Below the pieces are notes generated by a model. That model did not search any database and was not told the origin of the DNA. It saw only the letters and a list, made by a program, of their open reading frames with translations. DNA of 64,000 nt, taken from assembly GCA_001002325.1 (NCBI GenBank), contig LCNZ01000001.1, forward strand, positions 67,773-131,772. Direction: 5' to 3'. This DNA is from Candidatus Amesbacteria bacterium GW2011_GWB1_47_19. Lineage in GTDB: Bacteria > Patescibacteriota > Microgenomatia > CAZETR01 > Amesbacteraceae. Position 1 is the first letter of the stretch, and every line of letters begins with the position of its first letter. Positions 56,191 through 64,000 of this stretch are shown here, piece by piece. Position numbers and translations under genes: made by a program.

Positions 56191-56715
56191 TTAAGGATTA
56201 AAGCCTAATCCTCCAAGGCCGAGGATCTGGACGCCGATAAAATTTAGGATAACAACAGCCATGACGATCAGGGCCAGGGCACCCAGTACATTGACGATTA
56301 TTTCCTGACCAGCCTTGATGCGTTTGGGGTCACCGGCGGCAGTGGCCATAAGAAAACCAGCGTAGACAATGAAAATGAAGGCAATACCACCTCCAACGCC
56401 TACTGCCCAGCGGATGATCTGGTCAATCAGAAGTTTCGGATTTGAAGTTTGGAGACAACCGAGGGCGGTTTTGATGCCTGAATTAGAGTTGGTGGGATTA
56501 CAAAAGCGCGGGTCATTTATGGGGGAGGACCCACTATTTTTGCAACATTTCCACAAAGCAGGACATGTTCCGGCAAGGCTGCCATACCAGCACCTCATAC
56601 CTATTAGTGCGCAGTGACCCCCAGCTTCTTCACAGGTGGCTGCACGGGAGAGGGAGGGAAGGAAGAGAGAAATAAAAATTAAAGAGGCGAGAGAAAGGAT
56701 GAGTTTAGCGGACAT
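56191..56715 (-). CDS. T4SS pilin-like protein with N-terminal Cys-rich extension, paralog 9 (first gene of array)
   Basis: Signal peptide, a Cys-rich segment (CEEAGGHCALIGMRCWYGSLAGTCPALWKCC), then the pilin-like core GGIAFIFIVYAGFLMATAAGDPKRIKAGQEIIVNVLGALALIVMAV. Confidence 0.5.
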   Translation of the reverse strand: MSAKLILSLASLIFISLFLPSLSRAATCEEAGGHCALIGMRCWYGSLAGTCPALWKCCKNSGSSPINDPRFCNPTNSNSGIKTALGCLQTSNPKLLIDQIIRWAVGVGGGIAFIFIVYAGFLMATAAGDPKRIKAGQEIIVNVLGALALIVMAVVILNFIGVQILGLGGLGFNP

Positions 56716-56769
56716 GGATCAAATTGAGTTTAGCATAGAGTGGAATACATTTGTTAGAATTTTAAAGCG

Positions 56770-58539
56770 ATGAGAAATAAAATATTCTGGCTGGGACTGG
56801 CGGTCCTGGTACTTTGGGGAAGTACGAAAGTTAAAGCGGAGGAATGCGATAACCCCGGGAGTCTGACGGATCCGGTGGTGATAGCCCAATGCATAGGTAA
56901 ATACAACGGGATACTGGATGCAATAGCCAAAGCGAATTCGACGAACAGGCAGGCTTTACAGGCAGTGCAGGCACAGATAGGGAGACTGCAGGCACAAATA
57001 AAGCTGCTGGAAATCCAGGTGGACAAGTTGGGGAAGGATGTTTTTGAGCGGGAGGTAACTGTGGGAGTGAAGGAGGAATTACTGGCGGCCAAAGTCCGGA
57101 CAGATTACGTGCGAAAGAAAGACCAGGGAGTACTGCTGATGTTTTTTTCCGAAAACAGAGCGGGTGTGTTTTTCCGAGATCTGGCTTACAGAGAAAAACT
57201 TGCCCGGATGGACCAGGAAACAATTATCGCTGTGGGAAAGGAAATTAGTGACCTCAAGTCGCAAGCCGCAAGGCTCAAATCACAAAAGGACAGCCTGGGG
57301 AGTTTGAAAGTAAAGGTGGACAAGCAGGCAGCTTTTCTGGCGGCGGAAGTGGAGAAGGCGAGCAAGTATGAGGTGGATCTGGGAGGGAAAATATCGGCGC
57401 TGACAGCGCGACAACAGCAGCTGTTGGCTGAAAAAACCGGAACTTATGCGACTTCGGTGGGAGATGTACCGCTGGCGGATGATCCGGCAGCCAGGCCCGA
57501 TTACAATCCGGGTTTTTCACCGGCTTTTGCGGTATTTTCATTCGGCGCGCCGCATTTTAAAGGAATGAGCCAGTACGGAGCGTTCGGAAGAGCCAAGAAC
57601 GGACAGAATTACAGGCAGATACTGGAAGCGTATTACGGCCAGGTGGAGATAAGGAAAGTTAATGTGCCGGGAACAATCAGAACATCAGCGGGGAATATGG
57701 CGTTTGAAGGCAGATATTTGCGGGGAATCGCGGAAATGCCGACGGTGTGGGCGGACCAGGGGGGATATGAAGCGTTGAAAGCCCAGGCAGTAGCGGCCAG
57801 AAGTTACGCACTGGCTTATACCGGGTGGCGGATGGGAAGCCAAAACGCCTCCGGCAGTATTTGCGTGACCGAGGCCTGCCAGGTTTTTCGAAGCAGTAAA
57901 GCGGATAACCCGGGGCGATGGGGGGATGCAGTGAGAGAAACAGACAGTGAGATAGTGGTGAGTAAAACATCCGGTGAAATAGTGAATACCTGGTATGCCA
58001 GCACATCAGGAGGTTACCAGAAAGGCTATTCCGGACTGGGACACACAACACCGGGATTTTGGGATACGACATCCGATTGGACAAGGTGGGCGGAGGGAGC
58101 GTGGGAAGTAAAAGGCGGGTCTCCATGGTTTTATAAGGGATGGTATAAATCCCGAAGCGGAAAAACCTGCGGCAGAAATCATCCGTGGCTGACAACAGCC
58201 GAGTTTGCGGATATCACGAACGCGGCGATTGTGGTGGCCAACGGGGGAGATACCAGCGGAATATTTCCGGAAGATGTACGCAGCTGCTGGGGGGACGGGG
58301 ATAATCCCTGGTCCAAGTCCAGACTGGCTGAGGAAGCCGGCAAACACGGAGGAGCGGTAAACCAAGTATCCGGAATAAGAGTAGAGCATGCCAGTTCCGG
58401 GGGAACCGATAAAGTAATCCTCTCTACAAACAGGGGGGAAGTGGTTATTTCCGGAGCGAATTTTTACCGGGCGTTTAATCTACGGGCTCCCGGAGCTTTA
58501 GCTTTGAAATCGTACCTGTTTAATGTTGAGAAGAAGTGA
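56770..58539 (+). CDS. SpoIID/LytB-domain protein with N-terminal signal peptide and coiled-coil region (peptidoglycan remodelling)
   Basis: A long coiled coil (QAVQAQIGRLQAQIKLLEIQVDKL...) is followed by GRYLRGIAEMPTVWADQGGYEALKAQAVAARSYAL, which matches the SpoIID/LytB block (EMP..W..EALKAQAVAARTYA). Confidence 0.7.
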   Translation: MRNKIFWLGLAVLVLWGSTKVKAEECDNPGSLTDPVVIAQCIGKYNGILDAIAKANSTNRQALQAVQAQIGRLQAQIKLLEIQVDKLGKDVFEREVTVGVKEELLAAKVRTDYVRKKDQGVLLMFFSENRAGVFFRDLAYREKLARMDQETIIAVGKEISDLKSQAARLKSQKDSLGSLKVKVDKQAAFLAAEVEKASKYEVDLGGKISALTARQQQLLAEKTGTYATSVGDVPLADDPAARPDYNPGFSPAFAVFSFGAPHFKGMSQYGAFGRAKNGQNYRQILEAYYGQVEIRKVNVPGTIRTSAGNMAFEGRYLRGIAEMPTVWADQGGYEALKAQAVAARSYALAYTGWRMGSQNASGSICVTEACQVFRSSKADNPGRWGDAVRETDSEIVVSKTSGEIVNTWYASTSGGYQKGYSGLGHTTPGFWDTTSDWTRWAEGAWEVKGGSPWFYKGWYKSRSGKTCGRNHPWLTTAEFADITNAAIVVANGGDTSGIFPEDVRSCWGDGDNPWSKSRLAEEAGKHGGAVNQVSGIRVEHASSGGTDKVILSTNRGEVVISGANFYRAFNLRAPGALALKSYLFNVEKK

Positions 58540-58599
58540 TTGTTATTAGTTATTAGTTGTTCGTTGATCGTAAGAATCGGGTGGGGATGGTAAAATTCA

Positions 58600-59334
58600 G
58601 TGATGCCGGATGTGTATACGGCCAGAAAAACCGGAGAGCCGGAACCACCAATACCAACAGTACCCTTGCCGGTAAGGGAAGAAGCTATAGGAAAGGTGCT
58701 GGAGCCATTGTCCGAGGAAAGAAGCCCTGATTACTGGAGGAAGATTACAGACCGAGTGTTACGGGAGGCGGGGGAGTCTCCCCGCAGAGTGGTGTATGGG
58801 GCGTATCACGTGAGGCCGCGCGAGAGGTTTATTATGCAGCAACAGGATGAGGAGATAGTGCTCCTGCTGCGGGCACACCCGATTACCAATGCAGGATGGA
58901 TGGTAATGGTATTGGTGATGCTTATAATCCCTTCACTGCTATCGGTAATCGGGATATTCGGCGGGGTAGACTGGAGATTTGTATTTATGGGGAAAATGGC
59001 CTGGTACCTGGTGATTACAGCCGTGGCTTTTGAGAAGTTTCTGTACTGGTACTACACCTTGTTTTTGGTGACCAATGAACGGCTGGTGGATATTGATTTT
59101 AATAATCTGCTGCAGAGAGTTATGACGTATGCCAATCTGAACCATATTGAGGAGCCGACGATGATGACCGGGGGATTTATCCGGTCCCTTTTTCAGTACG
59201 GGGATGTGCATATTACCACGGCGTCAGAAGCGCCGACTATCGAGGCGCTGGCTGTACCCTGGCCGCATAAAGTGATTGATATTATCAGTCGGTTATCCGA
59301 GGAGCTGGAAAAAAGAAGGGAGAGGGGGGAGTAG
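58600..59334 (+). CDS. bPH_2 (YdbT/DUF304-like) membrane protein
   Basis: Two TM helices followed by a PH-like YLVITAVAFEKFLYWYYTLFLVTNERLVDIDF. Its N-terminus MMPDVYTARKT resembles MPDVYTSTKT of ORF 41589..42500. Confidence 0.45.
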   Translation: MMPDVYTARKTGEPEPPIPTVPLPVREEAIGKVLEPLSEERSPDYWRKITDRVLREAGESPRRVVYGAYHVRPRERFIMQQQDEEIVLLLRAHPITNAGWMVMVLVMLIIPSLLSVIGIFGGVDWRFVFMGKMAWYLVITAVAFEKFLYWYYTLFLVTNERLVDIDFNNLLQRVMTYANLNHIEEPTMMTGGFIRSLFQYGDVHITTASEAPTIEALAVPWPHKVIDIISRLSEELEKRRERGE

Positions 59335-59336
59335 GA

Positions 59337-59570
59337 ATGGATCAGGTAATTTTATCCCTGGCGAAAGGATTTAATCCGGAAAAAATCGTAAAGGGGTTTT
59401 TTGTGGCGGGACTTTTGATGTATTGTGCTTTTGCCCTGATAATAGTACGTCAGACCGGAGTGATGAGCGAGACCATTGAGGCCAAATATAACGGAGTTTT
59501 AAGAGCTTTTGCCTGGATACATTTACTGATGGCGGTGGGGTTGGTGGCGGTGGCAGTGGTGATTTTGTAA
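59337..59570 (+). CDS. small two-TM membrane protein, hypothetical
   Basis: 77 aa with two hydrophobic helices, start-coupled to the preceding gene. Confidence 0.3.
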   Translation: MDQVILSLAKGFNPEKIVKGFFVAGLLMYCAFALIIVRQTGVMSETIEAKYNGVLRAFAWIHLLMAVGLVAVAVVIL

Positions 59571-59608
59571 AAAACAGATAGTGGGAATGTGGTATTCTTG
59601 AAGCTGGA

Positions 59609-61462
59609 ATGCAGGTCAGAGTCGGGAAAATCGTCGGACGGCTGGGGGGTAGGTGGTGGGGCCAGGTGCATGACTATACGCCGGTGACAGAAGAAGGAAG
59701 CGGCGGGACTGAAAAAGGTCGGCTGGTGGCTGTGCTGGGTTTTGAGAGAGGAGTGGATGAAGGACAGGTGGGATTGGCAGAAGCGGGGCGGGAAATTCTG
59801 GCCAGGGTGCATGAGATGTATTACGGAGGAGAAGAGTCCGGACTGGCGGGAGTGCGCCGGGCAGTGAATGAAGTGGCCGGGGAATTTTCGGGAGCGGAAG
59901 TCGGGTGCATTGTACTGAAGGATGGAGTGATTTATGCAGCGGCGGGTCCGGGGGTGGGAATATGGGTGAGAAACAAAGATAAAGAGGGATGGCTCATAAG
60001 AGCAGGTGAACCAGAAAGCGGGAGAGTGGAAGTGATGGGGTATAGCGGGAAGATGACCGGGGATATGACGGTGGTGATGGGGAACAGCAGATTCTGGCAG
60101 AGCGTGCCGGAGGGAATGCTGAGAGCTGTGGTGACAAATTTGAACGGGGAAATGCAGTCGGCTGTGGAAACGCTGGCAGCGGTGGAACACGGGAGCGATA
60201 AAGGAGGAGGAGAAGTAGGAACAATAATAAAGATATCGGGAATGGGAGAGGAGAAAGGAGAAAGGAGAGATGAGAAAGAGTTGAAAAGGCCGGATTTTAG
60301 AAACCGGGCGGGCAGACTGTGGGGCAGGCTGCGGGAAAAATGGCCCCGGTCGGGAGTAGTGTATGTGGGGTACCAAGATAAAACCAAAGCGAGGAAAAGG
60401 ACCGCTTATGCGGGTTTGGGATTTATGGCCGTAGTGCTGGTGCTTGTGGGAGGGGGAAGAATCGCCAGTCAGAAAAAAGCCAGGGAAATGGGAATGGAGA
60501 GAGAGGCAGTAGCCCAGGTGACGGAAAAATTCCAACAGGCGAAAGTGCTGGTGGATATGAATCCGGTGAGGAGCCGGGAACTGTTGGCCGAAGTGGGAGA
60601 AGCGGTGAAACAACTGGAGAGCCAAAATGTAAAAAACGAAGATTTGGAGAGAATAAAAGAGGAGATAGGTGAGGTGCTGGGCGCGGCGTCCGGAGTAAAG
60701 CAGGCGGAGGCCAGGGAAGTGGTAAATCTGAACCTGGTGCGGGAGGGAATGGTCGGGAAGCAGCTGACAGGCAGCGGAGAAAAATTGTTGGTGCTGGATG
60801 ATGAGGGCAGCAGACTGACGGAGATAAATCCGAGGACCGGAGCGGCAAAGGTGATAGCGGGGCCGGAAAGTCTGGGACAAGCCAGACTGGTAGCACTGGA
60901 GGAGGAAAAAGTTGCGGTATTTGCGGATAAGGGAGTGGTAGTGTGCGCGATAAGGGGGTGGAAATGTGCGACAGAGATCGGGAAGGATGACGAATGGGGG
61001 GAAATTAAACACATAGGTATATTCGGAGGCGGTGTATATCTTTTGGACAGCGGTAAGGGAAAAATCTGGAAGTATCCTGCGACGGAGAACGGATTTGGAA
61101 AGAAAAAGGAATGGACAGGCGGAGTAGAGGGGGGTACGAGTATGGCAATAGACGGCAGTATCTGGCTAATGTCCGGTACGGAGTTGAGGAAATATACTTC
61201 GGGAGAGAGGGAGACTTTTGAGGTAACCGGACCGGATAAGAACTGGGGAGGACGCGCGCAGGCGTATACCGCATGGGGGTTGGAAAATCTGTATATTCTG
61301 GATGGGGAAAACAAGCGGGTGGTAATATTGAAAAAGAACGGAGAATATATAGGACAGATGGTGAGCGATAAATTGGAACATGCCACAAGTATGGTAGCCG
61401 ACGAGGCAGGAAAGAAAATATTCTGGGTGGCTAGGAGCCAAGTGTGGGAGGCAGGGATGTGA
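59609..61462 (+). CDS. hypothetical protein (N-terminal globular domain, central TM, C-terminal repeat/beta-rich domain)
   Basis: 617-aa ORF with Gly/Glu-rich composition and a TM at about residues 265-285 (AGLGFMAVVLVLVGG). I prefer it over the antisense 520-aa His/Pro-rich ORF. Confidence 0.4.
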   Translation: MQVRVGKIVGRLGGRWWGQVHDYTPVTEEGSGGTEKGRLVAVLGFERGVDEGQVGLAEAGREILARVHEMYYGGEESGLAGVRRAVNEVAGEFSGAEVGCIVLKDGVIYAAAGPGVGIWVRNKDKEGWLIRAGEPESGRVEVMGYSGKMTGDMTVVMGNSRFWQSVPEGMLRAVVTNLNGEMQSAVETLAAVEHGSDKGGGEVGTIIKISGMGEEKGERRDEKELKRPDFRNRAGRLWGRLREKWPRSGVVYVGYQDKTKARKRTAYAGLGFMAVVLVLVGGGRIASQKKAREMGMEREAVAQVTEKFQQAKVLVDMNPVRSRELLAEVGEAVKQLESQNVKNEDLERIKEEIGEVLGAASGVKQAEAREVVNLNLVREGMVGKQLTGSGEKLLVLDDEGSRLTEINPRTGAAKVIAGPESLGQARLVALEEEKVAVFADKGVVVCAIRGWKCATEIGKDDEWGEIKHIGIFGGGVYLLDSGKGKIWKYPATENGFGKKKEWTGGVEGGTSMAIDGSIWLMSGTELRKYTSGERETFEVTGPDKNWGGRAQAYTAWGLENLYILDGENKRVVILKKNGEYIGQMVSDKLEHATSMVADEAGKKIFWVARSQVWEAGM

Positions 61463-61463
61463 G

Positions 61464-61898
61464 ATGAAGGTAAATAATAGAAAGGCCAGGTTTAACTACG
61501 AAATCGGGGAAAAGTGCGAAGCGGGGATTGAGCTGAAGGGGCCGGAAGTTAAATCGGCCAAGCTGGGCCAGGCGGATCTAGGAAACGCCTTTATTAAAAT
61601 TTTGGCTTCTAAATTCAAAAATCAAAAAGAGGCTTGGGTGTATAACCTGCATATCTTCCCGTATAAATATGCGGATAATACGAATTACGACCCGGCGCGG
61701 CCCAGAAAACTACTGCTGCACCAGAAGGAAATAGTTCAGCTGTTGTCTAAAATGAAACAAAGCAGGCGGTTATTGGTACCCACGGCAATGTACACAAAAA
61801 GCGGTCTAGTAAAAGTTGAAGTAGCGCTGGCGAGAGGCAAGAAAAAATACGAGAAGAGGGAAGCGATAAAGAAGAGGGATGAGCAGAGGGGAGGATAA
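61464..61898 (+). CDS. smpB: SsrA-binding protein SmpB
   Basis: NRKARFNYEI...GIELKGPEVKS...AWVYNLHI...LLLHQKEI and a basic C-terminal tail. It carries a short AT-rich repeat insertion (ASKFKNQKE). Confidence 0.9.
   Translation: MKVNNRKARFNYEIGEKCEAGIELKGPEVKSAKLGQADLGNAFIKILASKFKNQKEAWVYNLHIFPYKYADNTNYDPARPRKLLLHQKEIVQLLSKMKQSRRLLVPTAMYTKSGLVKVEVALARGKKKYEKREAIKKRDEQRGG
61607..61631. repeat. AT-rich heptamer repeat (AAATTCA/AAAATCA) inserted in smpB
   Basis: ttctaaattcaaaaatcaaaaagag encodes SKFKNQKE inside the otherwise conserved SmpB. Confidence 0.75.
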
Positions 61899-63093
61899 AG
61901 TGAGCAGAAAATGGAAGTGGGTAATGGTGGGAGGATACTGGCTGGTGATGTGCCTGATAGCAACGGAGTGGGTACTTAAATTGGGGGGACTGCGAAATTT
62001 TGTAGTGGGTACTGATTTTAGAAGTTTTTATGCGGGTGGAAAGCTGGTGGTGTACGGGGATCGGGAAAAACTATTTACCACCGGGGAACAGTGGAAATGG
62101 CAGGAGAATGAATGGCCGGGGCTAAAAGAGGGGGGAGTGTTGCATTTTGCCAATCCACCCTGGGTGGCGGCGATCATGGGGTGGCTGACTTTCCGACCGA
62201 TGGAACAAGCATATCTGATATGGGCAGTATTTAATCTGGCGGTATGGGTGTGGGTGGTGTATTCGCTGTGCAGTGAAGTAAGGGGTGAAGGGGAAAGAAG
62301 ATGGTGGTGGGTGGCCGCATTGTCAGTCTTTCCGCCGGCTGTAATAGCGTGGTTTCACGGACAGTTTTCAATTATTTTGGTGGCGGTGATTTTGGCGGCC
62401 GGCAGAAGGTTTAAAGATAACAGGGATATGGCTGGGGGAATCACACTTTCATTGCTATCTATTAAACCCCAATTACTGATACTGCCGGTTTTGGTGCTGG
62501 CGGTGCAAAGGAGATGGAAAGCATTGGGTGGGCTGGCTGCAGGTTTGGGAGGGTTGGGTGTTATATCCCTGAGGATAGTCGGCAGCGAAGGGTTGATCCG
62601 CTATGGAGAGTTATTGACCAGATTTTGGGGATGGAGAGAAAAATACGGGGTTAATCCGGCCAGAATGCACAACTGGAGAGGGGAAACATATTTGTGGCTG
62701 GGGGACAGCCGGGCGGGAATGATTTTGTGGCTGGCGGGGATTGCCGCAGCGGCAGTGTGGCTGGTGTGGGTGTGGAGAAAGAGAGAAACCGGGAAGAGAT
62801 TTTACGGCCAATTTACCCTGCTGGTTTTGAGCATGATATGGATAGGGCCGTATACGAATTACCATGACCTGGCGGTATTAGCCATACCAGCAGTATGGGG
62901 TTATGTGTTTGTATCCGATACAGCAAAAAATAAAAAGGGAGTAATGTTGAAGATTTTAGTGGCAGGGTTTTTTCTGGTGTCGAATATCAGTCCGGTATTG
63001 GGAGTGTTTTTCCCGATTCAGTTAAGTGTATTGGCAGTGGGGGGGTATCTGGTGTGGCTTTCCTGGATTTACAGAGGAGCGAAAGCCGCATGA
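61879..63093 (+). CDS. GT87/DUF2029-family polytopic membrane glycosyltransferase-like protein
   Basis: About 10 TM helices with DFRSFYAGGKLVVYGD...FANPPWVA, the DUF2029 D-F..FY.AG motif region. Confidence 0.5.
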   Translation: MSRGEDKVSRKWKWVMVGGYWLVMCLIATEWVLKLGGLRNFVVGTDFRSFYAGGKLVVYGDREKLFTTGEQWKWQENEWPGLKEGGVLHFANPPWVAAIMGWLTFRPMEQAYLIWAVFNLAVWVWVVYSLCSEVRGEGERRWWWVAALSVFPPAVIAWFHGQFSIILVAVILAAGRRFKDNRDMAGGITLSLLSIKPQLLILPVLVLAVQRRWKALGGLAAGLGGLGVISLRIVGSEGLIRYGELLTRFWGWREKYGVNPARMHNWRGETYLWLGDSRAGMILWLAGIAAAAVWLVWVWRKRETGKRFYGQFTLLVLSMIWIGPYTNYHDLAVLAIPAVWGYVFVSDTAKNKKGVMLKILVAGFFLVSNISPVLGVFFPIQLSVLAVGGYLVWLSWIYRGAKAA

Positions 63094-63412
63094 ATAAAGT
63101 GAACAGCAGGCAGCGGTGGATGGGAGTGATAGCGGTCCAGAAGTTTTATAAATCGGAAGAACAGTTGGCATGGCAGGGGGTGGGCATAATTAATGTTACT
63201 ACCGGGCAAAAGGGGGAGAGCTGTGGTATAACTGGTGGCTGGTCGGAGCGGGAGCGGTTCTGGTGACGGCGATATTAATTTGGAGGAAATGAGTGGGAAT
63301 TGGGTGGCAATACTGGTGCCGATTCAACTGAGTGTGATATGGATGGCGGGGATGTTGGGGATGGCTTTTTGGAGAGAAACGAGGCGGTCGGGGTCAGGTT
63401 AGGCATTTAACG

Positions 63413-63785
63413 TGGTGGAGATGGGGGGAGTTGAACCCCCGTCTGAAATGGTCTGAAAATCCGGTTGTACAAGCTTTTTGTCCGATGAAGGACGGTTTGC
63501 AGTTAGTGGTCTTGGCTGAAGCGAGTCTAACTACAGTACTGCTGCAGCGCACCCCGATTGGTTTTCGCCTTGATAATGCAGTCGGGGAAGCAAAATTAAG
63601 ACGCTCTTCGTTCCAGCTTAAGCGAATGCGTACGCAGAACGAGAGATGAAAGGATTGATCTTGGCGACCAATTCTCCCACACGTGCTTTTAAGTCAGCAC
63701 TTTAGGTTGAACCTGATTTACGAGTAGTGTTCGAACTCGGCTTGCCGAATTTAAAGGTGCCAATTCATCGATGCCCGGCATCCCC
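63413..63785 (-). ncRNA. ssrA: tmRNA (ssrA)
   Basis: The minus-strand 5' end GGGGAUG pairs with the 3' CAUCUCC-ACCA end, giving a 7-bp acceptor stem with G3:U70. The T-arm is GGGGGUUCAACUCCCCCC. An internal ORF-like frame GCC AAG AUC ... GCA UUC GCU UAA gives a tag ending AYAFA*. Found by eye, not by a tmRNA scanner. Confidence 0.7.
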
Positions 63786-63847
63786 AAGATGACCATATTG
63801 TACCACAATATAGCCTTGAGTGGAAGAGCGGGAGAGTAGAAGAGTAT

Positions 63848-64000
63848 AAGTGAAGTATGGACTGGATGGATTTGGTTTTTCCTAAGAAATGTGTGGGTTG
63901 CGGACATTGGGGAAAATATGTGTGCGATAGTTGTGAAGTAGGCCTGTGGGAGGAGGAACAAATATGCCCGATTTGCGCGCGGGCATCGCGGTACGGATTG
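63848..64000 (+). CDS. ComF-family protein (double zinc-ribbon N-terminus), partial at window end
   Basis: MDWMDLVFPKKCVGCGHWGKYVCDSCEVGLWEEEQICPICARAS shows the CxxC...CxxC...CPxC pattern typical of ComFC-family N-termini. The ORF runs off the window. Confidence 0.5.

Noticed and set aside
59450-61012. 520-aa minus-strand ORF rich in His/Pro/Ser/Phe
   Set aside because: It is antisense to the 617-aa plus-strand ORF. Its composition is low-complexity with no motifs. The plus-strand frame has protein-like composition and a TM helix, so the minus ORF is most likely a shadow ORF.
63431-63649. 72-aa plus-strand ORF
   Set aside because: It lies entirely inside the tmRNA gene predicted on the opposite strand.

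Overview
This 64 kb window looks like the chromosomal origin region of a small-genome, probably CPR/Patescibacteria-like bacterium, at about 50% GC. The core is rpmH-rnpA-yidD-yidC-jag on the minus strand, dnaA-dnaN on the plus strand, and four perfect TTATCCACA DnaA boxes. Around it sit housekeeping genes: groES/groEL, gmd, valS, rplY, rnhA, the t6A genes tsaC-tsaE (fused) and tsaD, smpB, and a tmRNA I located by eye at about 63413..63785 on the minus strand. At the 5' end (1..6510) is a polyprenyl-phosphate-sugar envelope glycosylation cluster: GT2, GT39/ArnT-like, WecA/MraY-like and a UbiA-family DPPR-synthase-like gene. The most interesting block is 37.8-59.3 kb, a monoderm-type type IV secretion (T4SS)-like locus. 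It contains a VirB4-like ATPase that appears split into N-terminal and ATPase ORFs, a VirB3-like 2-TM protein and a VirB6/TrbL-like polytopic protein. It also has a giant low-complexity surface protein with a C-terminal M23/LytM-like domain and an internal 23-nt poly-C tract, a 964-aa Cys-rich secreted protein, a SpoIID/LytB wall-remodelling protein, and a tandem array of nine paralogous small two-helix (VirB2/TrbC-topology) pilin-like genes. No VirD4 or relaxase is in the window. Two families of short tandem oligonucleotide repeats (AT-rich heptamers and purine/CT-rich 7-8-mers) are scattered in-frame inside conserved genes (tatD, tsaCE, tsaD, smpB, O-antigen-ligase-like) and build the signal peptides of several T4SS-cluster proteins. 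Smaller items: a free-standing LAGLIDADG homing endonuclease, a BrnT/BrnA toxin-antitoxin pair, a perfect 12-bp palindrome and a 9-bp hairpin inside tsaD. All calls rest on motifs read from the ORF translations and the DNA; no searches were run.
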